Below are positions 46,872-51,165 of a stretch of DNA of 51,165 nucleotides, piece by piece (position 1 is the first letter of the stretch; each line of letters opens with the position of its first letter). The position numbers were made by a program, and so were the translations under genes. Below the pieces are notes generated by a model, which worked only from the letters and a program-made list of their open reading frames with translations, had not been told where the DNA came from and ran no database searches. The DNA is from a virus (lineage: Duplodnaviria; Caudoviricetes): positions 1-51,165 of IMG/VR virus record IMGVR_UViG_3300011442_000012; one strand, given 5' to 3'.

Positions 46872-47184
46872 TCCATATAAACGCTGGTCCAATTCGCTGT
46901 CTAAACCAATTCACCTCCAGGACGTAACGGGTATGGTATGAACCCCTCTAAACGGCCTGTTTTCCCTTTTTGATGCTATGTTGCCCCTCCGCTCTTCCGG
47001 CTCACACGCAATCTACCCGCATGAACGTGGGTCCAACCTCACAAAAGAGTATCTCGTTCCTATAGTTTTCTTCATATTCTTTTTTAATTTAGAGAGGGTT
47101 TAACCGATAATCCCCATACCCCCTACGTCCTAGACGCGAATTCTTCTTTTGGTCAATTCTTCCATATAAACGCTCGTCCAATTC
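46872..47184. repeat. 24-bp direct repeat pair in the AT-rich divergent intergenic region
   Basis: tccatataaacgct(g/c)gtccaattc at 46872-46895 and 47161-47184. Confidence 0.8.
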
Positions 47185-47234
47185 CACGAAATGACATTCC
47201 GGAACCCATCAATTTTCCGCGCAAATCTTTCCTC

Positions 47235-47263
47235 TTGAAAGTTTGTATAACAAACTCCATAAT
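47235..47263 (+). promoter_or_regulatory. sigma70-type promoter with palindromic operator in the spacer
   Basis: TTGAAA-17 bp-CATAAT. AGTTTGT-ata-ACAAACT at 47240-47256. Confidence 0.7.
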
Positions 47264-47287
47264 CTCCCCTTCTCGAAGGAGGAGCAG

Positions 47288-47524
47288 ATGGAAAAATCGA
47301 CAAGCGATCCGGTCGGCCCGTATGCGGAAGATCTCGCGGTCGAACGCCTCACGGCACTGGCACATCGAGAGCACGACGATACATCCCTACCATGGTGGCT
47401 CGCGATCTCGGCACTCACGTATGCCTTGCTGGCCATCGCCTACGAAATCCGCGAGCATGCCAAGCACAACGACATTTCCAAGACCATGGAGGACTTGGCC
47501 TCCCGAGGCTTCTTCCACAAATGA
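47288..47524 (+). CDS. hypothetical protein
   Basis: RBS aaggaggag. Confidence 0.6.
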   Translation: MEKSTSDPVGPYAEDLAVERLTALAHREHDDTSLPWWLAISALTYALLAIAYEIREHAKHNDISKTMEDLASRGFFHK

Positions 47525-47560
47525 TTGAGAGATCCAGAAAACCGGAGGGGGCCCAATCTA

Positions 47561-47887
47561 ATGCCATGGGAATACTCGCGCACCATGATCGAGGTCACGA
47601 GCCTGAGCCGTCCGAACGAATCCTGGAGCTTCACCGACCACGAAGGACATGTGCATCAATGGGAATGGCCAAGCGGAAAGCGGATCTACGCTCTGGCTGA
47701 ACCGGCCTCCTTGCCCACCTGCATGCAAGTGGAAGACGCACCCTACTGGACCGAGGACGGAGATGAGATCAAACAATTCCACTGGGAGTGCAAGGACTGC
47801 CACGAACACGTGAAACCGGGATACAAGCCGGATGACTATCAGCAATACATTCTCGGCCTTGCCAGACGGCGGTGGGTAGAACCATGA
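47561..47887 (+). CDS. hypothetical protein with Zn-ribbon
   Basis: RBS ggagg. HEGH.H and ECKDC. Confidence 0.55.
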   Translation: MPWEYSRTMIEVTSLSRPNESWSFTDHEGHVHQWEWPSGKRIYALAEPASLPTCMQVEDAPYWTEDGDEIKQFHWECKDCHEHVKPGYKPDDYQQYILGLARRRWVEP

Positions 47888-48171
47888 GGCATCAGTTCGA
47901 ACCGGACACCGAACGGTTTCTGTTCATTGCATGGGATCCGGATTCTCCTTTGCCTCCACTAAACAAGATCATCGTGATGGGATTCTCGAAAGCCGTAGAC
48001 CTGCATGCGGCTGGTCCTCCGCTCGGGACCGAGCAACCGGCCGTTGTGCTCCGAGAGGCCAGCTACGAAGAGTGGCGAGCCCACGGCAAGTCGGTGAACG
48101 CGCAAGCAGGATGCCACCTGCGAGTACGTCCGCAGCACTGTAAACATTACTTTATGGTTCACACGGATTGA
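47884..48171 (+). CDS. hypothetical protein
   Basis: ATGA overlap. VLREASYEEW motif shared with the next gene. Confidence 0.55.
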   Translation: MRHQFEPDTERFLFIAWDPDSPLPPLNKIIVMGFSKAVDLHAAGPPLGTEQPAVVLREASYEEWRAHGKSVNAQAGCHLRVRPQHCKHYFMVHTD

Positions 48172-48178
48172 GGAAGGA

Positions 48179-48427
48179 ATGATTATCGCCACTCCTGAAA
48201 GCTACGACACCGGACAGGAACTCGAAGCCGTGCTCATGAACACGGAGGGAGCTATGGTCTTTCAATGGGTGACCATTGTCCGAGAGGCGACGCAGCTGGA
48301 GTGGCGCGCCTATGCGGAGAGCCTGTACCCCGAAGGCCTCCCCGCAAAGTTCCTGTACGCCGTGCACATGGCGTGTCCGTTCTTTTACGAAGTCATCCCC
48401 GGAGCACCGCTCCGAAAGGTACATTGA
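48179..48427 (+). CDS. hypothetical protein
   Basis: RBS gagg/aagg. IVREATQLEW. Confidence 0.55.
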   Translation: MIIATPESYDTGQELEAVLMNTEGAMVFQWVTIVREATQLEWRAYAESLYPEGLPAKFLYAVHMACPFFYEVIPGAPLRKVH

Positions 48428-48428
48428 T

Positions 48429-48737
48429 ATGCTCGTCAAACTTTCCAAGTACCAGGACCGAAACGTATTCTCAACCGGAGGAGTGAAAACCGAAGTGAAC
48501 GGGTTCGAGTTACCCGAGGTGACGGATATCGTTCTTCGGTGTTCCGTGGACGCGATCCCGAGGCTGGATGTCACCATGAACGCGTGGGATCTCGACGTGG
48601 AGCTAGAAGCCGAGGTGCACGTGCATCTCCAACCACTAGAAGGCTACGGCCTCCTTACCGAGCAGCTACCAGACGGTCGCAAGAAGATTACGAGTATCCG
48701 CGTGACGGACCGTGTTCGTCGCTGGTGGCATTGGTAA
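48429..48737 (+). CDS. hypothetical protein
   Basis: ATG 48429, tightly packed. Confidence 0.5.
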   Translation: MLVKLSKYQDRNVFSTGGVKTEVNGFELPEVTDIVLRCSVDAIPRLDVTMNAWDLDVELEAEVHVHLQPLEGYGLLTEQLPDGRKKITSIRVTDRVRRWWHW

Positions 48738-49195
48738 TGCCGAAGAAAGGCTATAAACCGGGACGCATTCATCGGCGGCATCTGGCCGAAGGCAAACGCC
48801 AATTCTGGGATAAGGTGCAAGCACTCATGCAGGCCGAAGAAGATGCTGCACGGAAGAAGAAGATCAAGAAAGAGAAGTTCACCAACCCCGGAGCCAACCC
48901 GGTGCCGACCCCACGGCCTCCCTCTGCTGGCTACGTATCCACGCCGGCATTCGAGCGATGGGGACTCTACTCGCACACGGCCGAAGGGAAGTACTATTAC
49001 AAACGAGAGCAGGCCACAACCCTAGAGGCTTTGAAGCAGGCTATCAAGGATCTCGACCTGCCGCATCCGCTGTGGACGTTTGTGAAGAGCGGACAGACCG
49101 AGGCCGAATGTTTCATGCCCATTCGCATTGCGGAAGAAGCCGTCTCGAGCCTCGGGCACCGCTTCCAGCAAATGAAAGGCGGGAGGAAAAAGTAA
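48737..49195 (+). CDS. hypothetical protein
   Basis: TAATG coupling on both sides. Confidence 0.5.
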   Translation: MPKKGYKPGRIHRRHLAEGKRQFWDKVQALMQAEEDAARKKKIKKEKFTNPGANPVPTPRPPSAGYVSTPAFERWGLYSHTAEGKYYYKREQATTLEALKQAIKDLDLPHPLWTFVKSGQTEAECFMPIRIAEEAVSSLGHRFQQMKGGRKK

Positions 49196-49350
49196 TGGAG
49201 TACCTCATCACGATTCGAGATCGGGTCATGCGCTACTGCTCCGCGTGTGCGAAGCAGCAACCCGTGTTCGTGGAGGTGAACGATGATCGCGTGGAGATGT
49301 GCTGCTGCCAGTGTTCGCGGATTCTCTTTGCGAAGTCGTTCGCGCGATGA
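49195..49350 (+). CDS. small Zn-ribbon protein
   Basis: YCSAC...CCQC. RBS ggagg. Confidence 0.5.
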   Translation: MEYLITIRDRVMRYCSACAKQQPVFVEVNDDRVEMCCCQCSRILFAKSFAR

Positions 49351-49604
49351 GTTTCCTGAACGACGTGCTTCGGCGTATCGTAGACGATCTTGATGTCATT
49401 GACATGGAACAAGGAGCCGATGGCGTGTGGAGGAAACCTCAGCGAGATCTCACGGAGGTGAAGTATTCGACGATTTACGTGTTCGACGAAGTGTTTGGAC
49501 CAGTGAAACCCCTAAAGCGATATCAGCAGCAGCACGAAGAAGGAGCCGCACATGCACCCGGTAAAAATCTCGTCCGCTCTCCCCGCAAACCATCCCTACC
49601 GTGA
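49347..49604 (+). CDS. hypothetical protein
   Basis: ATGA overlap. Confidence 0.45.
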   Translation: MSFLNDVLRRIVDDLDVIDMEQGADGVWRKPQRDLTEVKYSTIYVFDEVFGPVKPLKRYQQQHEEGAAHAPGKNLVRSPRKPSLP

Positions 49605-49842
49605 ATTGGTATTTGGCGAACGCCAGAGTGAATACCTTCCACTCCCGGCTCTACTCGACAACGAAGGCACCGTCATTACGGAATGGGAGCCAAGCATCGA
49701 AGAGCTTGCGGTGTTGCTCTCAGGAGAAGGCCGCATTCGTGTCACGCTTTTGCTTACCGGCATCGGCTTGAAACCCGGAGCGAAGCTCACGCCGCTCAAG
49801 GTTCAGGTGGTGGAAAAGCAGGCTCCGCTTCTCGGTGCGTGA
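49552..49842 (+). CDS. hypothetical phage protein
   Basis: RBS aaggag. Q.EY.PLPA.....G.VIT.WE.S.EE. Confidence 0.6.
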   Translation: MHPVKISSALPANHPYRELVFGERQSEYLPLPALLDNEGTVITEWEPSIEELAVLLSGEGRIRVTLLLTGIGLKPGAKLTPLKVQVVEKQAPLLGA

Positions 49843-50049
49843 GTGTCTGTAAATTGCGTTTTTGAGGCCAAAATAGCACCCCAAAAAAGTGGGGGTAAAG
49901 GCCTCCGGCCGGAAGGCGTCGTCTGTAAGTGGCATTCTTTGCCTCAGTGCTAAGTAGTGAATTTCCTAAGGAATTTGCAGAGTAGTGAAAACAGGCCTAA
50001 ATTCGTGGATAATAAATCCGAAAGTCCAGCAAATTCGCACTCTTTTTTC

Positions 50050-50078
50050 TTGCTACTCACTCCCCTCTGAGGGATAAT
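50050..50078 (+). promoter_or_regulatory. sigma70-type early promoter
   Basis: TTGCTA-17 bp-GATAAT with an upstream T-tract and AT-rich region. Confidence 0.65.
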
Positions 50079-50082
50079 TCTC

Positions 50083-50315
50083 TTGTTGGAGCGGTGAGTC
50101 GGAAGGCGGTAGGCCGGTGGGAGCCAAAGCGTTCCCCATAGAGCCAGATACCTAAGTCCTGACCGAACCCGAGAAGACCAGCAGCGTTGACAACCGAAGC
50201 GAGGGAAGCCGAAAGGCGAGAAGGTAGGCACCCTCCAAATAGCGACCGGCTTCCGGTAAGGCCTGAAGAAGTGGCACCTAAATCCACTTCGTGCTTCCTC
50301 TCCTCGCTCCAGCAA
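50083..50315 (+). ncRNA. candidate large structured RNA starting at the predicted TSS
   Basis: ttgttggagcg (50083-93) pairs with cgctccagcaa (50305-15), enclosing nested stems and hairpins. Confidence 0.55.
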
Positions 50316-50570
50316 GTTCCACCCACTGGCGCAAAGAGCAGAGACAAGCGAACGAGCAGACCCGGAGCACACCCACCTAATGGCTGGTCGCCTTCACCTG
50401 AGTACCGAAAACACAAAGCAGACGAAGTAGGCCGCAATGGCCGGTTCAAAGAAGCGGCGTGCGGTGCTCAGCACAGATGAGGACAAGCGAGAACGTGACA
50501 GGCTCTCACTTGTAAATCCCCACGAGGCATTCCGCTTCGTGCTCAGGTTCCAAGGCCTGAAGGAGGACAC

Positions 50571-50693
50571 ATGGTTCGCACGGTGCTCTTTTATATTGCG
50601 CTCACGGCGCTCTCGTTCGCGGCTCACTCGCAGGTTGAGGTACCCCACTCGCATTCAAACATTCGCCGCGAACGTATCGCGGTACTTTTCTAA
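50571..50693 (+). CDS. 40-aa peptide with signal-like N-terminus (absent from the ORF track)
   Basis: RBS aaggagg. MVRTVLFYIALTALSFAAHSQVEVPHSHSNIRRERIAVLF. Confidence 0.55.
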   Translation: MVRTVLFYIALTALSFAAHSQVEVPHSHSNIRRERIAVLF

Positions 50694-50706
50694 AGGAGCC
50701 ACGAAC

Positions 50707-51033
50707 ATGACAACCCTGAAACTCAAAATTACCGGCGTGGACATGAACGGATTCAACGGCCGAGAATATCACCCGAAGCCGAGCGACATCGGCCTCGTGG
50801 TTACGGCGCTCGGCCTTGAAACCACCCGCGACCAAGGCGAAACGATTTCCGCATCCTCCCTTCCGTTCGCAGGCATTGATACCGAAGCTCAGAAGATGAT
50901 CACGCTGGCTGAGGCTCCAGTGCCCGATGAGAATTCTTCGCAGGACGATTTCGTGTATCAGGTGTGGCGATGCCTGACCGAAGATGGCCGCTTGCTCGAC
51001 CTGATGGACTTTGAAGTTGAAGTGAGCCGATAA
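50707..51033 (+). CDS. hypothetical early protein
   Basis: RBS aaggag before MTTLKLKI. Confidence 0.6.
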   Translation: MTTLKLKITGVDMNGFNGREYHPKPSDIGLVVTALGLETTRDQGETISASSLPFAGIDTEAQKMITLAEAPVPDENSSQDDFVYQVWRCLTEDGRLLDLMDFEVEVSR

Positions 51034-51062
51034 CAAACAGCAGCAGCAGCAGGAGCAGAACA

Positions 51063-51165
51063 ATGAAACTTACCAAGAACGAAACCATCGTGCTCAACCA
51101 GATTGCACGCAACCTGTATCAGCCGTTGAATGGCGCTCGGCCGGAGAGCTTCAGCGACACGAACG
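51063..51165 (+). CDS. hypothetical protein, truncated by the window end
   Basis: RBS aggag. MKLTKNETIVLNQIARN... open to the edge. Confidence 0.55.
   Translation, partial: MKLTKNETIVLNQIARNLYQPLNGARPESFSDTN

Noticed and set aside
50437-50706. N-terminal extension of the 198-aa ORF
   Set aside because: Better explained by the RBS-led peptide at 50571 and a true start at 50707.
1-51165. Prophage or complete genome with terminal repeats
   Set aside because: No integrase, att site or host genes are seen. The window ends do not match and both cut ORFs.

Overview
The window is most of a tailed dsDNA phage genome (siphovirus-type, GC-rich). Both edges cut genes, and no integrase or CRISPR is seen. 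The + arm (1-19.9 kb, resuming at 47.2 kb) carries early and replication genes: ATP-dependent ligase, SNF2 helicase, RuvC-like resolvase, PD-(D/E)XK nuclease, Sak4-like ATPase, SSB, family A polymerase and primase-helicase. The - arm (46.7 to 20.3 kb) carries terminase, DUF4055-type portal, scaffold, P22-coat-like capsid, neck, tail and putative lysis genes. The main candidate for a new system is a nucleotide-metabolism set interleaved with the replication genes (6.2-15.6 kb). It comprises MazG, a UGM/HemY-like flavoprotein, a dUTPase-like/HAD fusion, a ThyX homolog that has lost its canonical His and Ser residues, a VOC enzyme, a DUF1599/Nmad1-like protein and an SDR coupled to a divergent PolA. 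This fits an undescribed DNA base-modification pathway. Other notable signals are three structured intergenic RNAs, five C-RGU-G hairpins before the capsid gene, two -1 frameshift sites, a charge-block SSB and a shared KK[FL][VT][LF] tail motif. All family calls come from motif recognition by eye, not from database searches.
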